Shown here one piece after another: positions 39,630 to 49,403 of a stretch of 64,000 bases of DNA (position 1 is its first letter; each line of letters begins with the position of its first letter). Made by a program: the position numbers and the translations under genes. The DNA is taken from assembly GCA_965249725.1 (NCBI GenBank), contig CBDFMQ010000002.1, positions 160,001-224,000 on the forward strand, written 5' to 3'. The notes beneath the pieces were generated by a model. That model made no database searches. It was not told the origin of the DNA and worked only from the letters and a program-made list of their open reading frames with translations. This DNA comes from Longimicrobiales bacterium (GTDB taxonomy: Bacteria; Gemmatimonadota; Gemmatimonadetes; Longimicrobiales; Gaopeijiaceae).

Positions 39630-41295
39630 TCGCATCAAGCACGAGCTGTACCCCTTGCGCCTCACGAAGCGTCAACGGGCATATCTCCGCGCTGTGCTGG
39701 AGCGCTACCGCCGCCGACTGAGCGGGATCACCGTCTTGATCCTCGCCGCCACTCTCTGCGAGATCGCGATCCCCCTGGTCACGCACGTATTCCTGAAGCG
39801 GTATTCTCTCCAGTTGGAATGGGGGCGACTCTCTTGGGCCTTCGCCGGGCTGGTCGCGCTGGCAGTCGTCTATCTCGGCATCGCGTATCAGCGGATCAAG
39901 CATGAGAAGACCGCCATCGTGCTGCTGCTGAATGAGTTGCGCCACGAGTGGGTGGCGTTCTTCTTGCGCAAGTCACCGCTCTCTCTGCGGCACCACGACA
40001 AAGGTGTCCTGCTCACGAGGATCAGCTATCACCTGTCCCTTCTACAAATGGGACTGGGGAACGCGTTCTTCGTTGGGCTACAGAGCGTATTGCTGGTGGT
40101 GGGCCTCGTTGCTGTGACCTTCTTCATCGACACTCGGCTCCTTATTCTAGTGCTCGCAACCCTGCCTTTCTGCGCCATCCTCTTTGCGGCAGGATATGTG
40201 GTCTCACGATTCTACCTGAGTCAGGATCAGACCCTCTATTCGAAGATCCTCCAGTACGTCTCAGACGTTTTCAACGAACTGCCGGCGATCCACTTCGCGA
40301 ACAAACGGCCAGCCGTGCTGGACCATCTCGATCAGATGGTGAGCATCGATTCCTACTTTCGGGTGCGGCGAGAGCTATGGCTGAAGTTCGGCAACGTCAT
40401 TCTCTTCGTGCTCCTGGCTCTCCTCACGGGGGCCTTCTACCTCGTGGAGACGATGGTGCCCTTCTTTGAGCTGGACGGTCGCGTACAGCTCCCCGTGTAC
40501 ATCATCGTCTCCGGCATCCTGATCAAGCTGCTATACCAGAGTCTGCGAGTGGGCTTGTTCGCTTTTCCAGTCACGCTCGGCTTAGTGCTCTGCATTGGCG
40601 AGGGCTTTCCCTTGGGGAAGAGGCGGAAGCAGCAACCCATCCGGGAGTTCTCGGAGATATCGTTTTCGGCGAAGAAGGTCAGGCTCTTCCCTGACGGACC
40701 GATGGTCCGAGACAAGGAGTTTCGTTTCCGCCCCGGTGACCGAGTTCTAATCACTGGTCGGGAGGGGTCCGGCAAGAGCACGTTGGGGCAGTTGTTCTCG
40801 GGGCTTGCTCCGCTTGGTTTCACCAAGCCCTGGCGGATCAGAGTGCAGGGAGAGCGCCTCTCGTACCAACATTGGAGAGACCGTGCGCACGGTCTGACGA
40901 CCATTAGTCCCTTCTTCCAGAGCCAGGGAACCGTCTTCGAGTTCTTTTCACAGCAGCACAGCTACGACAGCCCTCCAACTGATATCAGGGTCTTCCTCGA
41001 AAGGCTCGCGCCGTACCCCGAGTTGAAAGGACTCCTTTCGCACGTTCGCGTTTTGGGCAAGCGAATCACACCTCAAAACACGTCGTTCGCGGAATTGGGA
41101 ATCCTGCAGATGGCGGCGTGTCTGCTTCATGCCCCGCGCGTCTTGGTGGTAGACAACACCTGGTTGGATCTGCGTCACGAAGGCGTCGACCGGGTTCTTC
41201 AGCTGCTCGATCGTGAACTGACGTCTACGGTTCTGATATGCTTTGCTCGAAACCGGAACGACCACCTCGATTATGATCAGTATCTCACGATCTAG
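39586..41295 (+). CDS. ABC exporter-type half-transporter (TM domain + degenerate NBD)
   Basis: About 6 hydrophobic helices; Walker A GREGSGKST; Walker B VLVVDN; ATG 39586 overlaps the RT 3' end by 44 bp. Confidence 0.75.
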   Translation: MEDAHSQAWLFQRANRIKHELYPLRLTKRQRAYLRAVLERYRRRLSGITVLILAATLCEIAIPLVTHVFLKRYSLQLEWGRLSWAFAGLVALAVVYLGIAYQRIKHEKTAIVLLLNELRHEWVAFFLRKSPLSLRHHDKGVLLTRISYHLSLLQMGLGNAFFVGLQSVLLVVGLVAVTFFIDTRLLILVLATLPFCAILFAAGYVVSRFYLSQDQTLYSKILQYVSDVFNELPAIHFANKRPAVLDHLDQMVSIDSYFRVRRELWLKFGNVILFVLLALLTGAFYLVETMVPFFELDGRVQLPVYIIVSGILIKLLYQSLRVGLFAFPVTLGLVLCIGEGFPLGKRRKQQPIREFSEISFSAKKVRLFPDGPMVRDKEFRFRPGDRVLITGREGSGKSTLGQLFSGLAPLGFTKPWRIRVQGERLSYQHWRDRAHGLTTISPFFQSQGTVFEFFSQQHSYDSPPTDIRVFLERLAPYPELKGLLSHVRVLGKRITPQNTSFAELGILQMAACLLHAPRVLVVDNTWLDLRHEGVDRVLQLLDRELTSTVLICFARNRNDHLDYDQYLTI

Positions 41296-42745
41296 ATTCC
41301 GCCTGAGCAACCGCGAGCGGCGGTTCCTACAAAAGGGGGCGACACTCTTTGTGGCGTTCTCGGTGCTTGTTGTAGCCGCCTCGTTTCGCTTTGGAGACGT
41401 CCTTCGCAACCAGAAGCCCGCCTACTTCGTTACTGAGCAGGTGGTGGAGGGTCCTCTGCGGGGGAGGCTTCTCTTTAACGACGCCCCGAACAGCACCGCA
41501 CTATCGGAGTCCATCGTTTCCGTGATTCTCCAGGCCGAGCACTCGGCCGAGATGGGCATGTATTCCTTCAAGCACGAGGGGATTCGGCAGGCGTTGCTGA
41601 AGTCCTTCCAGGCAGGGAAGGTGGTGCACCTGGTCTTGGAACGCAGCAATCACCTCCAGCACGAGCGATTCTTGGGGGAGTACGATCTTCCGGTCACTGA
41701 ACTCGGCTCTTCGATTGGCGCGGAGCAGGGGGACTACGTACACCACAAGTTCTTGTTGAGCGACCGTGGTGAGAGGGGCGCTCAGCTGCTGGTCGGATCG
41801 CTGAACTACACTCCGCTCCAGGAACAATACGATCCCAGCTTCCTGCTTCACACGGCCGATCCGACCGTCCTGGAGGCGTTTTCAGCCGAGTTCGCACTCC
41901 TTGAGCGCAGGGTACGTGGTCGCAGCAAGCTCCGACAACCCGGCTACCGTCCATTGAGTAAGCGCCTACGATATTCCAATGGCCTCTTGGAGGTTTGGTT
42001 CGGACCCGGTATCGGGGGAAACTCCGTCAAGCACCGTCTCATCGATCTCATTCAGCAGGCGCAAACGGCCATCGATGTCATCATTTGGCAGATGACCGAC
42101 CGCGACGTTGCGCGCGTCCTCGTCGATAAGGCCCGAGAGGGCATCCCCGTGAGGATCATCACCGACGATTTCTACATTTGGGGCGATCATTCAGCGTTCC
42201 AGACGTTGGAGAACGCTCTCAATCAAGACGCTGACCTACCCATTGAGATCATCAGTGACTTGTACCGAACGCTCGATTTCTCGGGACTGATTCGAACGGA
42301 GGAGGACTATTTCAACCCCTATATCCACCAGCACACGTTGATCGTGGATGACAGCGTGGTCTTGTCGGGAACGAACAACTGGACGGCCAATGGCTTCTAC
42401 AGAAACGACGAAAGCGTCTTCGTTTCTGACGTCGACTTTTGGGTGGATGGGTTTCGGGCGTCGTTCGCCCGTCACTACGAACAGCTGCGAGGCCGTCCAT
42501 TGGTTGTGTGGCGAGAAGGAGACGAACTCCACGTCGGGGAGGGTAATCGTGATCTCCTTGGCAAGACCCTTGTTGCCTATCACGAACGGAGTGAAGTAGA
42601 AGAGGTGCCACGGCCGTGTTTACGAGTCACCGTAACCGATGTCTCTCACGCTATCGTCATTCCTCCGGCATGTCGAGGCCGACACATCGCCGTGCTCGTC
42701 CTGGACCGGCAAGACCGGATGGTGGCGGCCGGCTACGTCAGGTAG
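41273..42745 (+). CDS. Phospholipase D/nuclease-superfamily protein with two PLD domains and an N-terminal membrane anchor
   Basis: HHKFLLSD...GSLNY and HQHTLIVD...GTNNWT; overlaps the ABC gene end by 23 bp. Confidence 0.85.
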   Translation: MISISRSRFRLSNRERRFLQKGATLFVAFSVLVVAASFRFGDVLRNQKPAYFVTEQVVEGPLRGRLLFNDAPNSTALSESIVSVILQAEHSAEMGMYSFKHEGIRQALLKSFQAGKVVHLVLERSNHLQHERFLGEYDLPVTELGSSIGAEQGDYVHHKFLLSDRGERGAQLLVGSLNYTPLQEQYDPSFLLHTADPTVLEAFSAEFALLERRVRGRSKLRQPGYRPLSKRLRYSNGLLEVWFGPGIGGNSVKHRLIDLIQQAQTAIDVIIWQMTDRDVARVLVDKAREGIPVRIITDDFYIWGDHSAFQTLENALNQDADLPIEIISDLYRTLDFSGLIRTEEDYFNPYIHQHTLIVDDSVVLSGTNNWTANGFYRNDESVFVSDVDFWVDGFRASFARHYEQLRGRPLVVWREGDELHVGEGNRDLLGKTLVAYHERSEVEEVPRPCLRVTVTDVSHAIVIPPACRGRHIAVLVLDRQDRMVAAGYVR

Positions 42746-42795
42746 TTGGAAGTCCGACGAGGACCGCGACTCCCATATCGAATTCGACCAGGCCG

Positions 42796-43194
42796 CTAGT
42801 GACCGCTGTTGTCGGCCTCGCAGTTGGGGGCACAACCCGGGTTATCCTCGGGGTCGTTGGGATCACTTCCTGCATCCTCCTCCTCCCCGTTGGTCCATCC
42901 GTCACCGTCATCATCGTCCCCGGCATCCCTCGGATAGCTGTCAGCGTTGTCAGGGTCCGAACCATAGTCTCTCTCGTCGGCGTTGTTGGATCCGTCGCCG
43001 TCATTGTCTCCATTGGGGTCTTCCGGATAGTCCTCTGCATCATTCGGATCGGTACCCGCATCTTCTTCTTCGGCGTTGGTGAACTCATCCCCGTCATTGT
43101 CGTCCCCGGGGTTGTTTGAGGGGTTACATGCGGCCAAGAAGGTCGATAACAGTAGCGGAAGAAACAGCCTCTTTAGAGCATGGAAGTAGTTCAT
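42796..43194 (-). CDS. Small acidic lipoprotein with three thrombospondin type-3-like Ca-binding repeats
   Basis: Lipobox LAAC; three copies of DxDGDxxxNxxExxxG[ST]DPxx. Confidence 0.75.
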   Translation of the reverse strand: MNYFHALKRLFLPLLLSTFLAACNPSNNPGDDNDGDEFTNAEEEDAGTDPNDAEDYPEDPNGDNDGDGSNNADERDYGSDPDNADSYPRDAGDDDDGDGWTNGEEEDAGSDPNDPEDNPGCAPNCEADNSGH

Positions 43195-43389
43195 GTACCT
43201 TCTTGCCTCCCTCAGATTCACCCTTGGTGACGAGAACTAGAGCGGCGCCCTGCGGAGTTCTTGCGTCGTCATCGGTCGGGTAGCGGGTCTCGATCGTCGA
43301 CGCCACCCAGGTCGCGCGAAAGCAAGCAGTCCCTGGCGGCTCGGGACAACGTGATAGACGGAGCTGCTGCGGTCAACCTGAGGCTAGAT

Positions 43390-45399
43390 TCAGGACACTG
43401 AGTCCGACTGCCGAGCAATCTCCACACGGGCGTCGTTGAAGCACGCTCCCCCGCCGACCACATTCAGGTGCGTCGGACAGAGTGCGGTAGAGGTCAGCCC
43501 GTTCTTCGACGACTTCCGCCAGGCTCCCTTGGGCATCGACGCCACCCCCGGCCTCACCCGTTCCTCGAGCCGTGCCTCGCAGATGACTTCGCCCAGTTCG
43601 TTGAACACACGGACGACCTCACCGTCTGTGATGCCCCGCGGGGCGGCGTCCACCGGGTTGATGGACACCGACAGCACCGGATAGTTGAACTCGCCAAAGG
43701 TGCTCGACACCATCTTGTTGGTTGCCGGGCTGATCAATGTGAGCGGATACTCGGTGTCTTCGGCCGCTTCGTACTGATAGGGCTGTGGGCCGAGCTGAGA
43801 CGGGGTCAGGTGGATCCGGCCGTCGGGCGTGCGAGGCATGATCGTGCGGAGCTGGATCGCGCCGTCGGGAAAATCGACGGTGTCCACGCGTCCGGCCGAC
43901 AATGCCTCCACGTTCGCGGGACGACCCTCCAGGCTGAGTTCTTCCGCGACCTTCCGCATGTGGGTCTCACCGTCCCAGTCGAAGGGCGCATCGTCGAACC
44001 CGTTGGCCCGCGCCAACATGGAGAACACCTCGTCGTTGGGCTTCGCCTCCCCCATGGGATCGATCACCGGGCGGATCCCACCGACCACGTAGTTGCCGTA
44101 GCCGACTCGCAGGTCGTGCTGCTCCAGGAATGTCGTCGCGGGCAAGATGATGTCGGCGTAGTAGGCCGTATCCGTCATGACCTGATCGAAGACGACGGTG
44201 AAGAGATCCTCTCTCGCCAGGCCGCGGAGGACGGCATTCTGGTCGGGTACGGTGACCGCCGGATTGCAGTTGTAGACGAAGAGGCCCTTCAGTGGGGGGC
44301 TCTGATCTTCGTTCAGAAACTCCCCGAGAGACGTCATGTTGATGAGGCGCGTGGTCCAATCGACGTCTCCGTAGACTCGACTCGCGTTCACTTTGGCGGC
44401 CCCGGTGTTGCTCATCGTATAGCCGCCGGCATGGACCCCGAACTTTCCCATGAGCGCAGGCATCGCCAGGATGGCAGCGACTGCCTGACCGCCGTTGCGA
44501 TTCCGCTCCAGCCCCCAACCGCACCGGATGACGGCGGGACTGGCGTCCGCATAGGACCGAGCCAGGGTCTCGATGTCTTCGGCACGAACCCCTGATTCGG
44601 CGGCAGCGGCGTCCAAGGTCCACCTCTCGGCCTGTGCCAGCAGAGGTTCGAGCCCTGATGCCTCCTCGGCGAGGAACTCGTCATCGAGTTCTCCCGCCTC
44701 GTGCCAAAGCCGTATCATCGCGAGGGCCAACGGCAGATCGGTGCCGGGTCGTACCGGAAGGTGCAGGTCGATCTCGTTGTCGGAGAAACGGTTCCAGGGA
44801 TCGACCACGGCGACGAACGCGCCGTTCCGCTTCGCCTTACGCAGATACGGCACCAGATGGATGTTCGAGGCCTTGGGGTTCGCTCCCCAAACGATGATCG
44901 CTTGCGCGTCCGGATAGGCCTCGAACGGGACACCGGGCATCTTGCCGTACATCCCGATCGCCACCTCCGTGGTCGGGACCGCGCAGATGGTCTTGTCGAG
45001 GCGCGACGCCCCCAACCGTGCGAAGTAGAGCCTGTCCAAGCCGCCGTCGCTCAGGAGTCCGTTCGAGCCCCCGTAATGGTAGGGAAGGATGGCTTCTCCA
45101 CCCCACTCCTGTTTGATCTCCTCGAACCGCTCGGTGATCTCGCGGATCGCCTCGTCCCACGAGATAAGGACGTACTCGTCGGAGCCCTTGGCGCCCGCCC
45201 GTCGCATCGGGTGGAGCAGGCGGTCTTCGTGATAGACGCGCTGGCCGTACTGGCGGACCTTGTCGCAGATGAAGCCGTTGGTGACGCTGTGGTCTCGGCT
45301 TCCGGAGATGCTCTGCAGTTTGCCGTCCTCGACCCGCACCTCGAGTGCGCAGGTGTCCGGGCAGTCCATGATGCAGGTGGTGGCCAGGGTTTTCGTCAT
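43390..45399 (-). CDS. Molybdopterin oxidoreductase (DMSO reductase family)
   Basis: CIMDCPDTC...ICDK Fe-S motif, WGANP, ADIILPATT and C-terminal Mo-dinucleotide domain. Confidence 0.88.
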   Translation of the reverse strand: MTKTLATTCIMDCPDTCALEVRVEDGKLQSISGSRDHSVTNGFICDKVRQYGQRVYHEDRLLHPMRRAGAKGSDEYVLISWDEAIREITERFEEIKQEWGGEAILPYHYGGSNGLLSDGGLDRLYFARLGASRLDKTICAVPTTEVAIGMYGKMPGVPFEAYPDAQAIIVWGANPKASNIHLVPYLRKAKRNGAFVAVVDPWNRFSDNEIDLHLPVRPGTDLPLALAMIRLWHEAGELDDEFLAEEASGLEPLLAQAERWTLDAAAAESGVRAEDIETLARSYADASPAVIRCGWGLERNRNGGQAVAAILAMPALMGKFGVHAGGYTMSNTGAAKVNASRVYGDVDWTTRLINMTSLGEFLNEDQSPPLKGLFVYNCNPAVTVPDQNAVLRGLAREDLFTVVFDQVMTDTAYYADIILPATTFLEQHDLRVGYGNYVVGGIRPVIDPMGEAKPNDEVFSMLARANGFDDAPFDWDGETHMRKVAEELSLEGRPANVEALSAGRVDTVDFPDGAIQLRTIMPRTPDGRIHLTPSQLGPQPYQYEAAEDTEYPLTLISPATNKMVSSTFGEFNYPVLSVSINPVDAAPRGITDGEVVRVFNELGEVICEARLEERVRPGVASMPKGAWRKSSKNGLTSTALCPTHLNVVGGGACFNDARVEIARQSDSVS

Positions 45400-45409
45400 G
45401 GGGTGTCCT

Positions 45410-46561
45410 CTACGCTCCCAGGATCTCGCCGAGCGAGGCGAGCAGGTAATGCACGTTACGCTCACTCGCGCTGTAGCCCATCAGGCCGATACGCCATCCC
45501 TTGCCCTTGAGGGGACCAAATCCTCCTGCGATCTCGATTCTGTAGTCCTGCAGGAGACGCGACCGCACCGCTGCGTCGTCGACGCCCTCGGGGATCAGCA
45601 CGCAGTTGAGCATGGAAAGGCGATTGGTCGGATCGCCGAACAACTCGATGCCGAGATCGGTGAGTCCGGCCTTGAGCATGTCCCCACACTTCTCGTGGCG
45701 GGCGACGCGAGCTTCGAGACCCTCCTCGAGAATGATGCGCAGCGCCTCACGCATCGCGCAAATCTGGGGTCCAGGCGCCGTGTGATGATACCCTCGCTCG
45801 GGAGCCCAGTACTGCCGGTGTAGCAGCAGGTCGAAGTACCATGTATCAACGGCTGCCGTGCGGGATTCGATGACCTTGAGGGCGCGGTCGTTCAGTGTGA
45901 TGCAGGAGATGCCGGCCGGCCCCCCGATGCACTTCTGCCCGCCGCTGTAGCAGATGTCGATAAGCAGATCGTCAACGGGAATGTTGGCGCCGCCCAGTGA
46001 GCAGACGGTGTCGACCAGGAACAATTTGTCCCTCTCCCGGGCGAGCTGCCCGACTTCGGCCAGCGGCTGACCGACCCCCGACGATGTCTCTCCATGGACC
46101 ACCGCAACCATCTTGGCGTTGGGGTGGGAGTCGAGGGCGTCGCGAATCTGGTCGGGCTCCACCACCTGGCCCAACTCGACCTCGACTCGGATGGCCGTAC
46201 CACCATGGTGCTCGACGATGTCGCCCATACGCTGACCGAAGAACCCGTGGATGCCCACGATTACCTCGTCACCCGGCTCGACCACGTTGCAGATGGCGGC
46301 TTCCATCCCCGCCATCCCCGATCCGGGCAGGGTGATGGCCATCTCGTTCTCGGTCTGAAAGACATGGCGGAGCAAGGCCATGGTCTCATCCATGATCACG
46401 ATGAACTCGGGATCGAGGTATCCGAGGATCGGGCTCGTCATGGCCTGGAAGACACGTGGATGGAGGTTGCTTGGCCCCGGTCCGAGTAGCGTTCGCGGCT
46501 CGTGCACCAGTTGTTTGAAGGAGTCGGCGTCCGTGCTCTGAGCAGCCTGTGCGTGGGTCAT
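45410..46561 (-). CDS. Alanine-glyoxylate/serine-pyruvate aminotransferase (class V)
   Basis: LLGPGPSN, VHGETSSG, SGGQKC, YHHT and WRIGLMG motifs. Confidence 0.9.
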   Translation of the reverse strand: MTHAQAAQSTDADSFKQLVHEPRTLLGPGPSNLHPRVFQAMTSPILGYLDPEFIVIMDETMALLRHVFQTENEMAITLPGSGMAGMEAAICNVVEPGDEVIVGIHGFFGQRMGDIVEHHGGTAIRVEVELGQVVEPDQIRDALDSHPNAKMVAVVHGETSSGVGQPLAEVGQLARERDKLFLVDTVCSLGGANIPVDDLLIDICYSGGQKCIGGPAGISCITLNDRALKVIESRTAAVDTWYFDLLLHRQYWAPERGYHHTAPGPQICAMREALRIILEEGLEARVARHEKCGDMLKAGLTDLGIELFGDPTNRLSMLNCVLIPEGVDDAAVRSRLLQDYRIEIAGGFGPLKGKGWRIGLMGYSASERNVHYLLASLGEILGA

Positions 46562-46812
46562 ATCTCGGGTGTCTCCTCTTATTGCCGTCTAATGCCTCGA
46601 TGGGCGTTGCTAGTCGTGGTGTCCTGCCGAGGCCAACGGGGGGAACCGAGCGGCCGGAGCGAAGGGAGAAGATGCGTTAGGGGTCCACGATCGGCTAGCC
46701 GGGGTCGAGCCCGCCTCCCTTCCAACCTTCTCGCCCCGCAGCCCATCTCATTTAGGGACCACGGCCGAGAGCGAATGTCGGACGAACACACGGAACGCAT
46801 GGGAGGCGGTCG

Positions 46813-49266
46813 ATGCCGGCCAAGGAACTGTGGAATGAGGCCAAGCTGGCCGCTCGAACGCTTCTCCGGGCACCGGCATTTTCGATCCTGGTAGTCGCTA
46901 CGCTCGCCCTGGGCGTAGGCGCCAACACAGCCGTCTTTACGGCCTTGGACGCAGTCCTTCTCGCTCCGCTCCCCTACGACCAACCCGAGCGCTTAGTGCG
47001 TCTCTACGAGGATTGGATCGAGGACGACGAGCCGGGATTCCAGTTCCTGCGGGGCGCAGCCGTCCTGGAGTATCGCCAGTGGGAAGACGTCTTCGAGTCT
47101 CTCGGCGTCCTCTACACCTATCGCGAGATGGGTGGAGACCTGACGGACGGAGACCAGCCCGAACGTGTCATCGTCTCGTATGCCGACGCCGGCCTCTTCG
47201 AGTCGCTCGGGGTGGAGCCGCTCATGGGCCGAGCCCTGCTCGAAGAAGAGAGCATCTTTCCCGGGGAGGTGGTGGGTCGATCGCCCGGTGCCCCGGTCGC
47301 CGTGTTGTCCTTCGGGCTCTGGGAGCGGCGCTTTGCTGCGGATCCCGGCGTCGTGGGAAGGGCGGTCCAGCTCGACGGTAGCACGTTCCAAGTCGTAGGC
47401 GTGATGCCCAGCGGCTTCACCAACCCGTTCGGAAGCGCTCCCGACCTGTGGGTCCCACAGGACCTGCGCCTGGGTGGGTACAACAGTTGGGGCAACCACT
47501 ACCTGTCGGCGGTCGCTCGCTTGAGGGAGGGCGTTTCTCTAGATCTGGCCCAGGAGCGGGTGAACGCCCTGGTGGCCGGTCTCGTCGAAGCGAACGGTGA
47601 TGCGGAGGGATGGGCCGTCCAGCTCCACCCCCTTCGTGACGACGTGGTGGGCGAGAATCGTCGGACGATGCTCTGGATCCTGGCGGTGGCCGTGGGCCTC
47701 GTCCTTCTGAGCGCATGTGTCAACGTGGGCAATCTGGTCTTCGCCCGGAGCCTGGGGCGGGGCCGAGACCTGGCGGTGCGAGGGGCACTCGGGTCTGGCC
47801 GAACACGGCTCATGGCCCACCTGCTCATGGAGAGCGTGATTCTGGCGGTGGTCGGTGGCCTCGCCGGTGTGGCCGTCGGATGGGCGGGCATCCGGGGCAT
47901 TCTGATGCTCGCGCCGGACGCGCTCCCGGCGTTGGTGACACCGGAGCTCAGCGGACGCGTGTTCGTGGTGGCGCTTGGCGCGACCACACTGGCCCTTGGT
48001 CTCTTCGGCCTGGTGCCGGCGCTTCGCTTCTCCCTCACCTCGCCGGCCGACGCGCTGCGGGCCGGCGGTCGCTCCGGTACCGAGGGGCGCGGGCTTCGAG
48101 GCGTGCGTAACGCGCTCGTCGTCACGCAGGTGGCCGTCGCTCTGGTGCTCATGGTCGGTGCCGGGCTGTTGGTGCGGAGCTTCGCAGAGGTCCAGAGGGT
48201 GGACTTGGGCTTCAACGCTGACGGGGTGCTCACATACGAGGTACATCTCCCGGAAGCCCGTTATCCGGATGGTGACAGCCGGCACGTCTTCCATGAGACC
48301 CTGCACGACCGTGTCGCCGACCTTCCCGGTGTAGAGGCTGTCGGGGCCACGTCGTGGCTCCCGGTCAGCGGACGATACCACATCTGGGGAGTGACACCCG
48401 ACGTCGACCGCGTCGATGAGTCCGACCGCTGGGAAGGCGTGGATATGCGCTTCTTCGTGGGCGACTACTTCGAGGCCATGGGCGTCTCCATGGTCCAGGG
48501 CGCGGCTCCGAAGGACGTAGACGCCGAGGGCACTTTGCCCATATGGGTCAACCAGCAGTATGCCGACGCCATGTTCCCCGACGGTGACGCGATAGGTGCC
48601 CTGCTGCTCGCAGCCGGAGAGAACCGCAGGATCACCGGGGTCGTAGACGACGTGGCGTACGAGCCGCGCGGAGCGACGTCGTTCAAGGCGTACGTCCCAC
48701 ATGCGAATCATGCCGACGATCGGAACTGGGCACTGATCCAGACCGTCCGGGCCCGGGGCGACCTAGGTGCGTTGAGGGAGCGGGTTCGGGACGAGCTGAG
48801 TGCCGTGGATCCACAGTTGGTCCTGTTCCGCCCACGTCCCATGCAGAGCCTTCTGGCCTCCGCACAGGCTCAGGATCGGTTTGCCGCGAGCCTAATGGGC
48901 ATATTCGCCGTCTTGGCGCTCGTCCTGTCGGCGGTGGGTACCTATGGCGTACTGGCCACGGCGGTGGCGCGCAGGGGCAAGGAGATCGGCATCCGGATCG
49001 CGCTGGGTGCGGACGCGGCGGCCGTCCGGGGCATGGTACTCGGGTCGGCGATCGGTATGACCACCGGCGGTGCGATTCTGGGAGCGGTAGGTGCCTGGGC
49101 GGGATCCCGGTGGCTCCAAAGCCTGCTCTTCGAGGTGAGTGCCGCCGATCCGACCGTGATGGCCACGTCGGTCGTGCTCCTCGTTGTGCTCGGCGGCATG
49201 GCAGCCTGGGTGCCGGCTCGACGAGCAACAGGAGTGGATCCCGCGAGGGCGCTTACGACGGAATAG
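46813..49266 (+). CDS. MacB/FtsX-type duplicated ABC permease (ADOP-like)
   Basis: TLALGVGANTAVF, CVNVGNL, QVAVALVL, EIGIRIALGA and PARRATGVDP motifs. Confidence 0.88.
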   Translation: MPAKELWNEAKLAARTLLRAPAFSILVVATLALGVGANTAVFTALDAVLLAPLPYDQPERLVRLYEDWIEDDEPGFQFLRGAAVLEYRQWEDVFESLGVLYTYREMGGDLTDGDQPERVIVSYADAGLFESLGVEPLMGRALLEEESIFPGEVVGRSPGAPVAVLSFGLWERRFAADPGVVGRAVQLDGSTFQVVGVMPSGFTNPFGSAPDLWVPQDLRLGGYNSWGNHYLSAVARLREGVSLDLAQERVNALVAGLVEANGDAEGWAVQLHPLRDDVVGENRRTMLWILAVAVGLVLLSACVNVGNLVFARSLGRGRDLAVRGALGSGRTRLMAHLLMESVILAVVGGLAGVAVGWAGIRGILMLAPDALPALVTPELSGRVFVVALGATTLALGLFGLVPALRFSLTSPADALRAGGRSGTEGRGLRGVRNALVVTQVAVALVLMVGAGLLVRSFAEVQRVDLGFNADGVLTYEVHLPEARYPDGDSRHVFHETLHDRVADLPGVEAVGATSWLPVSGRYHIWGVTPDVDRVDESDRWEGVDMRFFVGDYFEAMGVSMVQGAAPKDVDAEGTLPIWVNQQYADAMFPDGDAIGALLLAAGENRRITGVVDDVAYEPRGATSFKAYVPHANHADDRNWALIQTVRARGDLGALRERVRDELSAVDPQLVLFRPRPMQSLLASAQAQDRFAASLMGIFAVLALVLSAVGTYGVLATAVARRGKEIGIRIALGADAAAVRGMVLGSAIGMTTGGAILGAVGAWAGSRWLQSLLFEVSAADPTVMATSVVLLVVLGGMAAWVPARRATGVDPARALTTE

Positions 49267-49403
49267 GTAGGGCCGCGGACGACCGCGAGAGTGAGCGCGA
49301 CGGCGACGGCGCCGACGGAGGAATTGGCGCTCCTCGTTTATGGCGATTACCCTAAGGCCAGCGCCCGCCGACAGCCCATCCGTCTCTTGCTCCGGAGGAA
49401 ACA

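Noticed and set aside
38102..39800. Group II intron
   Set aside because: The RT stop lies inside the next gene, I see no domain V/VI-like hairpin after it, and the upstream non-coding stretch (~290 nt) is too short for domains I-III
42738..43097. Thr/Met-rich alternative-frame ORF
   Set aside because: Frame-shifted shadow of the Asp-rich lipoprotein, which has the lipobox, RBS and recognisable repeats
38102..43194. Diversity-generating retroelement acting on the propeller paralogues or the TSP3 lipoprotein
   Set aside because: I found no template/variable repeat pair with adenine-specific mismatches and no Avd-like gene, and the RT4 region lacks the DGR-type SQ motif
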